Shown in pieces: positions 39,301 to 52,319 of a DNA stretch of 64,000 nt (position 1 is the stretch's first letter; each line of letters begins with the position of its first letter). This DNA is from Rhina ancylostomus (taxonomy: Eukaryota), in assembly GCA_030265395.1 (NCBI GenBank), contig JARFYF010000002.1:60978372-61042371 (forward strand). Direction: 5' to 3'. The notes beneath the pieces are model-generated. The model did not search any database, was not told where the DNA came from, and worked only from the letters and a program-made list of their open reading frames with translations. The position numbers and the translations under genes are program-made.

Positions 39301-40520
39301 GATCACCACTGCAACACCTCCTCCCTTTTTGGATCACCCCTNNNNNNNNNNNNNNNNNNNNNNNNNNNNNNNNNNNNNNNNNNNNNNNNNNNNNNNNNNN
39401 NNNNNNNNNNNNNNNNNNNNNNNNNNNNNNNNNNNNNNNNNCCCCTGTCACCCTTGAAAATATTATACCCAGAAACACTGAGCTGCCATTCCTGTCCTTC
39501 TCTTGGCCACATTATCATATTCCCACATGCTGATCCATGCTCTCAGCTTATGCGTCTTACCTGCAGGGCTCCTTGCATTAGAGTAAATGCAGTTAAGCCT
39601 ACAGGCCTCCTATGCCTCCCCACCCATCTCTGGCTGCTCTGCCCATGAGACTTGCCTGCTCCATTTACTACATATGCTTCTCGCTCCCCTCCTGCTGCAT
39701 TTTGCATGCCATTCCCCGCATCTCTAGTTTAAACCACCCTGAGCAGCACTGGAAAACTTCCCTGCCAGAATATTGGTCCCCCTCCAGTTCAGGGAAATCA
39801 GTCCTTCTTGTGCAGGTCACCCTGCCCCAGAAGAGATCCCAACTATCCAAGTATCTAAAGCCCTGCCCCAGCTCCTGAGCCATGCATTTAGCTGTTCTTT
39901 CTTCTTAATTCTAAACTCACTAGCTCATGGCAAAGTGAGTCATCCTGAGATTACTACCCCAGAGATTCTGTTTTCCAACTTTCTACCTAACTCCCTAAAT
40001 TCCCTTTTCAGGACCCCGTCTCTCCTTACCTATGTTGTTAGTACTGACATGGACCATAACTTCTGGCTGCTCATCCTCCCCCTTCAGAATGTTCTGCACC
40101 CAAGCATCCTCGACCCTGGCACCATGGAGGCAACACAGCATCCTGGAGTTATGCTCGCAGCCTGTCTGACCCTCCGACTATTAAGTCCCCTATCACTACT
40201 GCTCGCCTAGTCTGTGTTCTTCCCTGCTGCACAGCAGAGCTTAATGTGGCACCACTGATCTGGCTTCTGCTGCTTTCCCCTGAGAGGCTATCCCCCCAAC
40301 AGTACTCAAAACGGTATACCTGTTAGAGAGGGGAATAGCCACAGGTAATTCCTGCATTGTCTGACTGCCCCTCCTGGTAGTCACCTATCTGTCTGAACCT
40401 GCAGTGTAACCACCTCCTACCTATAATACTTTCTGCCTCCTGTGTGCTCCTCAGTGAGTTCAACTGCCACTCCAACTGATCCGTATGGTCTGAAAGCATT
40501 CCTCAATCTGATTGGCTGAA
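36390..40520 (-). mobile_element. Near full-length degenerate CR1 LINE (ORF1 with esterase domain plus ORF2 endonuclease-RT)
   Basis: ORF1: QLEWQLNSLRSTQEAE, RAVVIGDLIVGGSDR, GFRYLDSWDLFWGR. Endonuclease: QEWQL..SGYNIF, FLKQDVESPTREGTVLDLILGNE. RT: GKSCLINL...IDEGKVVD..NFSKAFDKIPH. Stops, frameshifts and a ~940-N gap. Confidence 0.9.
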
Positions 40521-41278
40521 GAGCCATTTTTTTTAGCTGATCACAGATGTTACTGACTCCTTGTACCAAGTGCATCAGATAGCCCTGTCCAACAATAATA
40601 CATCTATGCACAAAGAATCAAGGAGTGTGGTGAATAGTGACAACAGCTTTTGGGTAAATAGAAACATGTTTATCGCAAGCAACAATTTTTGAAATCAAAT
40701 TTAATAAAGAAATCCTGCATACACTCTGGAAGAATGAAAAATGGGTTACTGAACTCTTTAAACATTGCAATACGTGTTACTTGCAGGATTATAGTCATCA
40801 GCATAAAGAAACAAGAAAAATGATCTTCAATATGATACCTGTTTAATTTAATCATATGAGGCAAATTTTCATATTTTATGTTTAAGTTTAACTATTAACC
40901 AGCCATTCTGCTGTACTAAATCTAATGCCAGAGAACTGCCTAAAGAATACTACATTCTTTCATATCATTAAAATTTTACTGGCATTTGGGCAGCACTGAG
41001 TGTAGTACTTGGTATGAGTATTACTGTTAAATCTCCAACAATAATAAAATCCTGAAGGAATGTGACTGCACAACTGTAAAATTAAGTTTTCATGGCAGGT
41101 TGTTTGACAATACTTCACTACCATCTGGATGTCGCAGCCCTCAGGTCAGCTGGAGGGTTTTCTGAATAACTAATGGACNNNNNNNNNNNNNNNNNNNNNN
41201 NNNNNNNNNNNNNNNNNNNNNNNNNNNNNNNNNNNNNNNNNNNNNNNNNNNNNNNNNNNNNNNNNNNNNNNNNNNNNN

Positions 41279-41447
41279 GATATTCCAAATGAGGCCTCAC
41301 CAGTGCCCCATAGAGCTTCATCAATACTCCCTTACTTTTAAACACTATACCTCTCGAGGTGAATGCCAACATAGCATTCGCTTTCCTTACCACCAATCCG
41401 ACCTGGTGGCTAACCTTTAGGCTATCCTGTACGAGTACTCCCAGGTT
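41279..41447 (-). mobile_element. CR1 ORF2 fragment
   Basis: LGVLVQDSLKVSHQVGLVVRKANAMLAFTSRGIVFKSKGVLMKLYGALVRPHLEY, open frame. Confidence 0.9.
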
Positions 41448-42009
41448 ATAACTGCAGCATATAAGGAAGGAGTAAAGAAATGTGATGATAGTGGAAAAAA
41501 TTGACAAAGAACTTGTCAAACCATTGTCATAATCAGCTGAACAGTTGTATGTGCTCAAATTTCAATGATTTTTCATAGCAACTTCTCTGGGATAGAGTCC
41601 ACTAAATGTTAAGCATTGTATTTAGTGGGAGGTCTTACTTTTTCAGATTCTTTCAGAGTTGTTTAATTACAGTGAGGAATGTGCCTATCTCAGAGTTGCC
41701 TGTGTTTGTCTTAACAGCTATAATGGTGGAAAAAAAATTCTTTTAATTCACCCATAGGTCTGCCACCTTTGAACACAGAAAGTTAATCTTGGGGATGTGA
41801 CACTTAATCAGCACCAGTGGGCCGCTTTTAGATTCTAAACCATAAATTCAAGAAAGTACAGAGTCATGTTTCAGATCATAACCTATTGTAAAGGTGCTCA
41901 AACCTGGCAGAAGGATTGTTCCTGCAACATAAATTTACAATGCAAATCTTTGCATATAGTCATTTGACAGCAGCCATTTCTAGGAATCCCCATTAACTTT
42001 GAAAATAAA

Positions 42010-42280
42010 TGTTTCAAGTTTAACAATATAATAAGGAGATGTGTGGAGCAAGTTTTTTCACACAGAGAGTGGTAGGTGCCTAGAATAGGCAGCCAGGGGT
42101 GGTAGTGGAGACAAATACAAAAGAGGTGTTTAAGAGGCTCTGAATGTGCAGAGAATGGAGGGATATGGACTTGTGTAGGCAGAAGGGTGAGATTAGTATA
42201 TTTAATTACTACTTTAATTAGTTCGGCACAACATTGTGGGCAGAAGTGCCTATTCTGGTGCTGTACTGTTCTATATTCTA
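42010..42280 (+). mobile_element. CR1-type 3' end
   Basis: aggagatgtgtggagcaagttttttcacacagagagtggtaggtgcc...ttcggcacaacattgtgggcagaag...ctgtactgttctat. Confidence 0.85.
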
Positions 42281-43485
42281 TAATAATTAGAGAACACATT
42301 AACAAAATCAAATTCATTGAAGAGGCTAACACAAAATCTGAACATTTACCTGATTACTCATTTGATACTTTTTCAGAACAGTGCAATCTAAAGGATAGCA
42401 AGGTAACTGCCTGCACTGGAATTTCCTGGGTTAGGTTTTCGTAGCGGATAGGTGACGAAGGGAACATTTGCTCCACCTCCCCAATATGGTGACTGGAAGA
42501 CCAATCCCTTATTGTGATCAGGCCTCATTCCAATAAAACTGGCAGGCTGCCTGTGTTGACAGGCAGCTTGTTGATTGTGATAAGAGGTTTGAAATCTGAA
42601 ATTTCCTTTATGGAGCAAAGCCCAGAAGTTTCTCACTTAAAGTGAAAAGCAGTCTAGCTTAGGGGGTCCAATAACAGGGTGCAGGGTCAAAGCTTTTCTC
42701 TGGGTGGGGTCTTTATGCTACATTCAGGACTACTTACTAGTCCTGGGAGTGCTTGCTGCTGATACTTAATGGCAGCAATAAATTGCTTACCTTGATGAAC
42801 AATAAAAACTCAGATAAAAACTTCCTAAGATGACTGAAGGGTAAAAGTCAGTAGAAATGGCAAAACTCATGATTGTATACAGTCCTTGAAGAAAGATCGC
42901 AAGATTTTGATGCAAACACTTCTTTCACCATAACCAGCAGTCCATAATCTCCATTAAACACAACTTACATTTAATTGGTAGTGGGGGATTAGAGTTTGTC
43001 AGAAGGGAATGTGTTTTATGTTTTCTAAATAGTTCAAAATGAACCTGTATTTAGTTTAGGCTGCAACTATTATAAAAATCTGTGACCCATTAATCTTACT
43101 TTGTTTCTTACATTTCTTGTGCTTAATAGGCTAATAATGTCTGCATTTTGTCTTGATATTGTAGATGATATGCTTTCTATCCAGTACTGTTCATATCTAC
43201 CATTAATGGATACAATTAAGAGATAGGTTCAGTGGACATGCATACCCTCTAATTGAGTTATAACATATAGCGTTATGAATAATCTCAGCAGTTAAAGAAT
43301 TATTCAACCTTTATGCTGAACATGTTATTCCAAGAATCTCCTACAATGAAAACTCCACAATTGGAGCAATCTGAAACTTGGTGGGATGATCCATTTGGAA
43401 CAACGTTTGTAACCTCCTGTATTTGAAATATTGATATCAAAAATAAGCCAGCAGTATCTTGATTACAAGTTTGAAACAGCAGTAC

Positions 43486-43568
43486 CTTATTCAAAAAGCA
43501 TTTTATAGTGGAATTGTCCCTTTGCACAACTTGCACCATTTCCTGGCTTCCCATATACATGGCATTAG
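43486..43568 (-). CDS. LDAH: Lipid droplet-associated hydrolase, penultimate coding exon (83 bp)
   Basis: tttctctgcag|CT AAT GCC ATG...AAT AAG|gtactg gives (A)NAMYMGSQEMVQVVQRDNSTIKCFLNK, matching recalled human ANAAYLGGQEMMEVVKRDDETIKEHLCK. Splices in frame to 26443. Confidence 0.93.
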
Positions 43569-44796
43569 CTGCAGAGAAACCAGAATGATCAAATGAGCAT
43601 GTTATCATGATGTTAAACAGGATACTTCATAAGAAGTTCTTTATCATAAAAACAATAGCAAAACTATTTCATTCTAAATGTCAGCATAGATGGAAAGAAC
43701 ATAATCTTCATTAAAACACTTATTAGATTACATCCTTGCTGAGGCTTTTACTCCCCATTGGAACAGAGATTATAGGGCAATACAATAGAAATGTTTAGAA
43801 ATATGAACAAATGGTTCCAATAGATCAAAGCAGCTTCCAACAGTTTGTAATCTAGAAAGTCTATGGGTCAGGTCTTGCTGATACAGGTCTGCTCCCCATA
43901 GCTGCTGCCCGGAATAATTGCTCCTGGTGAATAATTGCTCCAGTCTCAAACTTACCTGTGGAGGGTCTAACCAGCTGGCCTAAAGCAGGCCAGGCCCCAG
44001 CAGTGTGGCCTAAGCACTACCAGGACCTCCAAAGGCACACTGAGGGACTCATATGCCCAACTATGCTGGCTGTCTATGCTTTTAGAGATTTAAATCTCTG
44101 ACATTTTGAGGCAATTCGAAGCTATGAAAATTGAGGTACAATATATAATTTTTTAAAAATCTAAGAACATCAGGAGCAGTTATAAATAGACATATTGGAT
44201 CAAACCAAAATAATTAAAACATTCATACTTTCTCCTTCTGTGTCCATAGATATACAACCCCCACTGAAATGAATGGGGTTTCAGATACTGTGTCAGATCT
44301 AACCTGAGTGATGATTCTCCAGTGCAAATGTAGGGGAATTGCAGCAAAGTGCAAGTTTGGGACTTTCATGTTTAACTAAGCAAGCACAGAACTTCTGTCT
44401 TGTTTGCACTTGCCAGGAAAATCTGGGCCAATATGTTTTTGAACAGAAAGCCAAAGAAACATCTTTGTACAAAGGCTTGAAAAATTATGGAGTTCCCTGC
44501 CACACTTAGCAGAATTTACACTGTAGCATTTAACAGCTGCTTTTAGCTTAGGTTGTCATAAGGAACCTGAAACAAACCTGGGCTTTGTGTCTATGTGGCT
44601 AAGAATGTCTGGTCTGTTGACCTAAATTTCTTCCCTGCACTTCGTTTCTATATTCCTAGATTGTCAGGCACCTGGTCATTGTAAGAGTTAACCTGCANNN
44701 NNNNNNNNNNNNNNNNNNNNNNNNNNNNNNNNNNNNNNNNNNNNNNNNNNNNNNNNNNNNNNNNNNNNNNNNNNNNNNNNNNNNNNNNNNNNNNNN

Positions 44797-44912
44797 NTCC
44801 CCCATTTACCTGTGCCCACCCCGCCTCCCTGGGTGCTGCCTGGCCTGCTGAGTTCCTCCAGCATCTTATTTTTTCATCTAGATTCCAGCATCTGCAGTCC
44901 TTTGTTTCTCTT
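44797..44912 (-). mobile_element. Penelope-like-derived repeat arm
   Basis: gctgcctggcctgctgagttcctccagcatc...catctagattccagcatctgcagtcctttgtttctc next to a gap. Confidence 0.65.
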
Positions 44913-45344
44913 GATCAATGTTTACTTGCAGTCAAATGTATCTTTAAAAAATAAACCTTGAAACTTGCAGAATAATCAAAACCATTTCCCCGCCGACTCT
45001 TCTCCCACCTGCCCATTTTATGTGTGTAACCTGTGCGATAAGGGATGGTGAGCATTGGTGAGAGTGGGATAGTCTGTGAACCGGGGAACCATTTAATCCC
45101 TCGTGCTTTTGCACGCAAACTTGTGCAACAATCCACTCCCAGTGTTATGGTGGCACAGCAGAGTGCTGGAGGGTCAGTGTTTCGGTTCATTGCTGAAGAA
45201 CAATCGTGTTATGAACAACAGACAGTTTTATCTAAGAAACTGATCCACAATCTAACAAATTAAAAACATGCATGCATAATAATATTTTAAATTCCTACAA
45301 GGGACACTATCTATTACTGTCGAGTGATAAGCTGTAGAGATACA

Positions 45345-45625
45345 TCTCATGGGTCCTTCAGCCCACTGGCTCCACACTTAACTACTTGCACCAATCCTAC
45401 TTTAATCCCATTTTTATTGCCACCTTCTCATCAACTCTCCCCAGATGCTGCCTGGCCTGCACACCAGGGGCAATATTCAGTGGCCAGTCAACCTACCAAA
45501 CTGCATGTCTTTGGGATGTGGGAGGAAACCCCCACAGTCACAGGGAGAACGTGCAAACTCCATGCAAGCAGCACCAGAGGTCAGAAACAAACCCATCTCT
45601 GGCCCTAAGAGGCAACAGCTCCACT
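45345..45625 (-). mobile_element. V-SINE (HE1-like) with CR1-like tail
   Basis: gcatgtctttgggatgtgggaggaaacc...cacagtcacagggagaacgtgcaaactcca is the reverse V-core. Confidence 0.8.
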
Positions 45626-46892
45626 AGCTTTTGCCTCTGTAAGGTTGAGGGTTAATTTTGAAGCTGTTAAGGGTTGTGTTAGAATCTGTTTTCATAAATG
45701 TTCCTTGTACCCTATGATCAATGGGCGTCCTTGTGTTCAACCTCGATGAAACCTGCTTGTGAGTTATTGCTGGGGTTGTGTTGACTGGAAGCTGAGAGTG
45801 CTTGCTTGTGACGTCTGCTATGGGCTTTTGAGACTAATGGATTTATTTAGCTCGGGGCAACATGTACATATTTATTATTTATATTTTGAGAGCTAGCTGG
45901 CTGCCAAAAATGCAGCACCCTGACCAAATTGTATTCATTGGTGTGGAGACATTGCTGGCAAGGACTGAAGGTCTATTCATTGGCAATCCCTCTTGGTTGA
46001 ACACAAGTCCCTCAGAGGATGTACTACCTGGTGGGTCTGAAATGGCTACTGTGTCTCTGCTCTACTAGCTGAATGGGCCAGGATTGTAGATCAGGCCGTC
46101 AGCACACAGTCTCTGCTCTGCTCATTTCTTGTCCTTTTGCCATTAAACAGTTTCCAAGAACTGAGATGTTTGTTATGGGTTCCGTCTGGGTAGTGTTGAA
46201 CTCGTCGAACAGAACTGATTCTAAATGATCGAATTAAAGAATGCAATTCATTCTTTCCTGTTTTTAACTTTTCAAAATAAAAATTAATCAGCTGAAACCT
46301 TGGCTGCCATGATCATCACTCAAATGCCTGTAACTGTGTTTTGGCTCTGATTTCCACCTAGCAATCGACCCAGTTTTTTCTGTCCTCCTCGTTTTCTTCT
46401 GTTCCCCTGCCCAAACCAGGTTTCATCAGCTAACTTCTCCATTTCCTTCTGTGCTGAAAGTTTTCAGGCTTTGAGCACAAGTGCAGCTCTGTGCCCTGTT
46501 CACAACATGGTGTTGAACACACAAAGTCTGGCTGTGTGTGTGTAGCTGGCACCCAATAACACAGCCTTCTCCACTGTCCCTTTTGCTATTCGATCCACGT
46601 AGTCGTTGGCTTTCTCTACCATTTGCCCATCCTCTTGCTCTGAAGAGCCTTTGTTGGGCATCTGTTTATAAATATCAAAAAAAAGGAAATCAGTTTTTCC
46701 CAGAAGGAACAGAATCTTGGATTTAAAAAAAATACAAACGAGAACAGTGGATTTGGTCCAAAGTGTTTGAATGCTGTCTGCTGTGAATAGAAGTCTGGGA
46801 AAATTAAAAGGAAGATGTGTTGATGCCAAGTCTTCAAGGCTGTTACCTGTTTGTCCCAGAGACACTTAACCCATGAGTCAGCCCAATGCTGT

Positions 46893-47307
46893 GTGTCAGC
46901 TGTGGCTTGGTTTGCAGCAATCGAGCCTCTGATTCAGAAGGTTCAGAGTTCAAGTCCCATTCAAGAGTCTTGAGTACAAAACTGTAGGCTGGCACTCTAG
47001 TAGTGTAGAGGGAACACCACGTTGCCAGAGGTGTTGTGTTTTGGAAGAAACATTAAACTGAGCCCCTTGGCTAAATGTGAAAGATCCCAAGGAACTGTTT
47101 TAAAGTAGAAAAATGGAGTTCTCTTTGGGATTTTGGCCAATGTTTAGCCTGGCTCGACATTTTCTTCAGCCACTTGCTTTTTGCGGGGGCTTCCTGTGGG
47201 CAAATTGTTTCTTACAGAAATGACTTGTGCTGTGAGCATTTGATTGTCTGTAAAATGCTCTGTAATGTCCCATTTGAAATGTGAAAAGTGCTATACAAAT
47301 CTTTCTT
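46893..47307 (+). mobile_element. Deu-domain SINE (SacSINE1/AmnSINE-like)
   Basis: tRNA-like head tcagctgtggcttgg...gagttcaagtccc, core gagggaacaccacgttgccagaggtg...aaacattaaactgagcccc...gtgaaagatcccaaggaactgttt, tail gtgaaaagtgctatacaaat. Confidence 0.75.
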
Positions 47308-48649
47308 AATATATGATGCAATTAAAGAACATGGCTTAAATTTAAGCAGACTGGCAGACATGCTTGGCAGCTGTTTAAATATATATTAAAAAAAATAACA
47401 TTTTTGTTGTTCAGGCCTGAAGTGTAATAGCTGTGTTAAAGCTGGTCTTAAACACCAACCTGTCTCACTTAATTGACATTGTGTTTTGGGTAATCTTGCC
47501 TGTATTCTGATTTCAGCTGTGTCTTCTCTCTTCCTTGCTTTCACTTGGTTGGTTTCAAGTGCAAGTTGCTGGTTTGGAGTGAATGTTTTTGCTGGGTACA
47601 GAGTGTAATTTGCCTCAGAAGCAGAGGATTCATCTGTAACATAATTCGGGCAGCCTAACTGCAGAAGTTTATGTTCTAATATAAATTTTCTGCAGAATCT
47701 GGGCTCCTAAACTTTATTTTGAAGATGCTGCCTTCTGTGAAAAGATTTCTGGCATGTTTTGTGCAGAAGCTGTCCTACTGACATAAACATGTTCCAACTG
47801 GCATGGAAGGAGAGAGGTGAGAAAAGCAGGGACAAATGAACCAGTAGTTACTGTTGTGTATTGGAATAACCTCTTGTGTGGGATTTTATTTTTTCTTATC
47901 AATGTTTCTGGAATGGAAACTATAATGGAATAATAACACATGTAATACTGTTTCCCACTGGGTTTCTTGCCTTGGGATTTGGGGGCTTGGCCAGGCATGG
48001 GATCTTGGTCATTGATCAGTTTGGGTCCCAGGACCTGTCCTTTCGCTCACAATTTGGCATGCTGTAATTGACTTCAGTTTTGCAACAAGACGCATCACTT
48101 TCCAAAGAGAGATCTGGCAAGTGCAGGAACCAAGCTTGTCCCTCGTGTGTAACCAGAACATTGCAAACCAGAAAAGTCTACAATTCCATAGCACCTGTGA
48201 TTTACTTATTATTAGTGAGTTCAGAAGAAAACCCATAAAACATTTGGGAGGAAAAAGTTACAGCCCTGTATAACTGGTGATCTGAGGAATGTCTAGAATT
48301 TGCGATTGCTTGCGTTGCCTCCAAAGTTCTTATGGGGTTATTTAATGGTTCACCACAGACTGGGGCAGCCTGTCAGCTCATGGAGTTTGTGCCTGCTCTT
48401 TGAAAGACTTGCTTTCTACCTCTTGTATCCCTGCAATATTTTTCGTCATTTTTCCCCAAACCTTTCTTCAAGGATAAGAAGGCACTGTAGTTGGATAGCC
48501 CAGGGATTGAGAATGATTTAAAAAAAAATCACAAAATGATGGATGTTGTTTTTGAAAAGTGGGGAGGGTACAGTGCATGGCTGTGTTGTAGATTACAGAT
48601 CTCCTGAAAGCAGAGGGTGGGGGGATGTTGAATAACTAATCATTGAAAA

Positions 48650-49090
48650 GAAGGATTTGCATTTCCATGACTCCTTTCGCAACACTTTTGGAACATCCTG
48701 GGGTGCTTTATGGTCAGTTATGTACTTCAGTAGTGCAGTGAATGTTGCAATTAATATAATAGCCAATTCACAACAGCAAATGTGCACAAATAGTGGTGCG
48801 ATGGTAATCAGATGGTCTGTTTGAGTTGTTGGTTATGCAGTAAATGTTAACCAAGGTGCAGGTGTAACTCCCCTGCTGCTCTTTGAAAGTATTGTGAGAT
48901 CTTTTGCAGCCATTTGGGAAGAGGCCTGGGGTTAATGTTTCATCCAATGGACAACACCTCCAGCAGTGCAAGTCTGAGAGGCTGCACTGGAATCTCGGTC
49001 TGAGGTTCACGTTCAAGCCCATGGAGCAGGACTGGAACCCACAACCTTCTGTCAGGGAGGCCGGGGTGCTCTCAATTGAGTCATCGCCTT
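48650..49090 (-). mobile_element. Deu-domain SINE
   Basis: Reverse complement of the same head, core and tail (ggaacccacaaccttctgtcaggg; ttaatgtttcatccaatggacaacacctcc). Confidence 0.75.
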
Positions 49091-50745
49091 GAGCAAGTTG
49101 GAAGGAAGTAGTGTTGGGAAATGGCACGGTAGTTAAAAGATTCTGTTAAAACATTTCTCAAAGGGGGAAACTTAAGAGGTTCCAGTGAAGGAAATATTCA
49201 TTGTCAATACAGGTAACCCCCATGTCATGGTGTTGCATTCCTTAAAATAATTTCCAAAATGCTCCTTCCATACTTTTCTTAAAAAGACATTTAAAAAAAC
49301 AAGCTATAAAATTGGTAAATTTATTTGGTTTTTCAAACAATTTTTAACAAAGAGTAACAAAATTGCAATCAACAGGCGCTACAAGTGTGTATGGCAGAAT
49401 AAACTGACAAATGCAATCTTCCCAATGACTTTATTGGGAAACCGATTACAATGACAATCAGTTTCACAATTTGTCAACATTAATAAACATTTCTTGGAGG
49501 ATGATCGGTCATTCGAAGGAACTACACTCATTTTACCTTTTAATAAATTTACCTGTTACTTTGTGGAGGCACTGAACATTCAAAAAGTAACATGTCTTCA
49601 ATGCAAATAGTTTGAATTCCTTAATGTATGATAAAATTTCAGTATGTTAGTGTACACCAAATCTACTCAGACATTAACAGGCTATTTTATTCCAGCCTGC
49701 AAGATCAGAGACAGTCTGAGGTAGATGTTCAACTTTCTGCCTGGTACAAAGCTGGTCATGTAGCTCGCTTGCCCATTGCAGAAATCTTACAATTTTCACT
49801 TTCATACGGGTGACTAATTTGTTTTTTTCTGCTCCTAGGTTGAACAGTTTAAGATAAACTCTATGCTATAAAAGGCCCCCATGCTGTTCAAACTTAGACT
49901 GCAGGCATCATCTGTAGCTACAATAAAAATCCCTACAACATTTTTTTTAAGGTAACATGTTGCAATAAATTTCAATTCTGAGTAAGAAAGATAGGCGGTT
50001 TACAGTAAGGGGGATTGTCCCTCTGTCGTGAATCTGTGTTGTGTTAGTCTGACCATAAGTATGCTCTTAAAGATTTTGCTTCCCTTCAGTGTTTTATAAA
50101 ATGGCATTTTGCCAATAAAAAGTTTCCTCTGTGGAACATTTGTTTTACATTATTGATCAGAGTATGAAAAATCATTAAAAAATATTAGTCCCATGTCAAT
50201 TAACAAAATTAAATGCATGATGTATACAACTGAGTACATAAGGTTAACCTCAAAATTGTAGTTTGGAATTCAGAAGAAACTAACTGTGGAAAAGGGAAAA
50301 ACAGAATAAAAGAAGGCGGAAGCATTAAACAACGGCATGTCTTAAACATATGGTACTGCCAACTGCACCAATTTCTGCACTTGATTTTGAAGTAAGCAAC
50401 TTAGTGATTTCCTCCTGCAAGAGTTCAATGATTTATATTTTTTGTTTTAATGGAATCCATTAGTGATGTTTGAGCAGCGGGTGTCACACTATTGAAACAC
50501 CACTTAGCTTCTGTTCCACAGCAGAAACATTTCATTAGTAACAGAATCTGTTTGTGAGCTCTGAATGACGGTATTGTGTTGCATGTACCAAAAAGACCAT
50601 CTTGAATCAGTGCTTGTGAATAAACACAGGCTAAACATGCAAAACAGAATGTTCGGACCCCAAGCCAAATGTTTCTGCCCACTTTTAAAATGTGGTCCCA
50701 CATGATTAGTATGCTTAAAGAAATAACATCTAATTTAGTTGTAGC

Positions 50746-50746
<1 letters not shown>

Positions 50747-50770
<24 letters not shown>
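50747..50770. repeat. (AT)n microsatellite
   Basis: Direct observation. Confidence 0.95.
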
Positions 50771-50776
<6 letters not shown>

Positions 50777-52319
50777 GGAACCAAAAATCTACTGGCTCTT
50801 TCAAGCTATAATATACTCTTTCCTCTTGGCTCATAAAAACTCAATTTATACTTGCCCAACTAATAACTGTATTAATTTTGCTCATCACTTTGAAGAATTA
50901 TATATTACGCATTCAGGACTGTAGTAATACTTCAGAAATACTTTGTAGCTCAAATCTTCACATTCTTCCACTTATAGCAGTCAAATCATAAGCATGCACT
51001 GTACCAAGAACCAGTACAGGTAATTGTCTGAAACAATCTGTGCAATTTTGTTTCATTTACACTTGGTTTATTTGTTGGCAAAAAATATATAAGAACTGTA
51101 AGCATCGCTTACAGATAAAGTTCTGCACATACTTGTTTAGAGTTTTCACATTATCCTCCTGCCCACACTTCACATCTGGGAACAATGACGGCAATTCAAA
51201 TACTTAAATTCTCATTGCATAAGAAATTATGGCTTCTCAGACTATCCTGAATAAAATCAACTGGAGAGATAACAGAAAAAGAACATCAGCAACAGCTTTT
51301 GGTTCTGTTTCACATTGCGTTCAGGGATCATTCTCCTTCTTGGATGTTCAAATCTATGTGGTTTAAATTTGTGGTCAATTTGAACGAGGGAAAACATATT
51401 TAAGAATGATTGTCTTTAAGAAATTAAGATGTCCTGCAATGCGAATCCAGTCATGTGGTATGTCCTTACTCAGTGGCATGGGTTGGCTCATTCTGATACG
51501 CACTGTTAATTACCTGACTGGAAGTCTTTATGATACCACAGTTGACAGTGTGAGGAATTTAATTCTTAAAAAAAAATTAGGCATGACCTAATCTGATAGA
51601 AATAGGTTGGTTGGGAACTGTGAATGGAGGAATATGTATGTCTTTTAAAACTGGAAGGTCCTCAACTCTGGCAATCCTTGCTCATTAATTCAACCAGATT
51701 TTACAATTTGAAAGTGAACTATTTCAGGAGTTCAGAAATTAGTACTGTATTTTTCAGTCCTAAATTCTCCATGCAGCTTTGAGTACCAAGATGTTCCTTG
51801 TCTTCAAGACAAGACAATTTGTTGAAGCAAAAGGAAACCTTTCAAAATAGGTTTGAAGGAAACCTATATCCTACCCAGGAGTTGTCATGACAGAAATAGA
51901 ACATGTTTGCTCTCTTTTGGAGATGATACACTGAGAATCATTCTATCTTTCAATTTACAAGCTTGCTTGATAAGAAAAATGCTTTTCTGTGTTCATTTTT
52001 GGTGTTGCTGTTACGTCAGAATTTATTGCTTACCCCGAACTGTCCTTAAGAAGGTAATAACAGACTCTTTTCCTAAAGTGCTTTAGAACACACGTTGAAT
52101 GCCATAAATAGACAGTTACCATATTTTTGCCCAGTGGCAAAGAAGAAATAATTAGGTTTATTCAAGGCAAATGTTGTGTGGCTTGAAAGTGAACTTGGCA
52201 GTGATGATGTTCCAATGTACCTAGAGTGCTTATCTTTCTAGATTGTGGAAGTCATTGATTTGGGACGTTCTATCAAAGAAGTCTTGGTAAGTTATTGTAG
52301 TATAGCTACCAATGACACA

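Noticed and set aside
43300-43608. 102-aa ORF as a standalone gene
   Set aside because: Only 43486-43568 is coding (LDAH exon); the rest is intronic read-through
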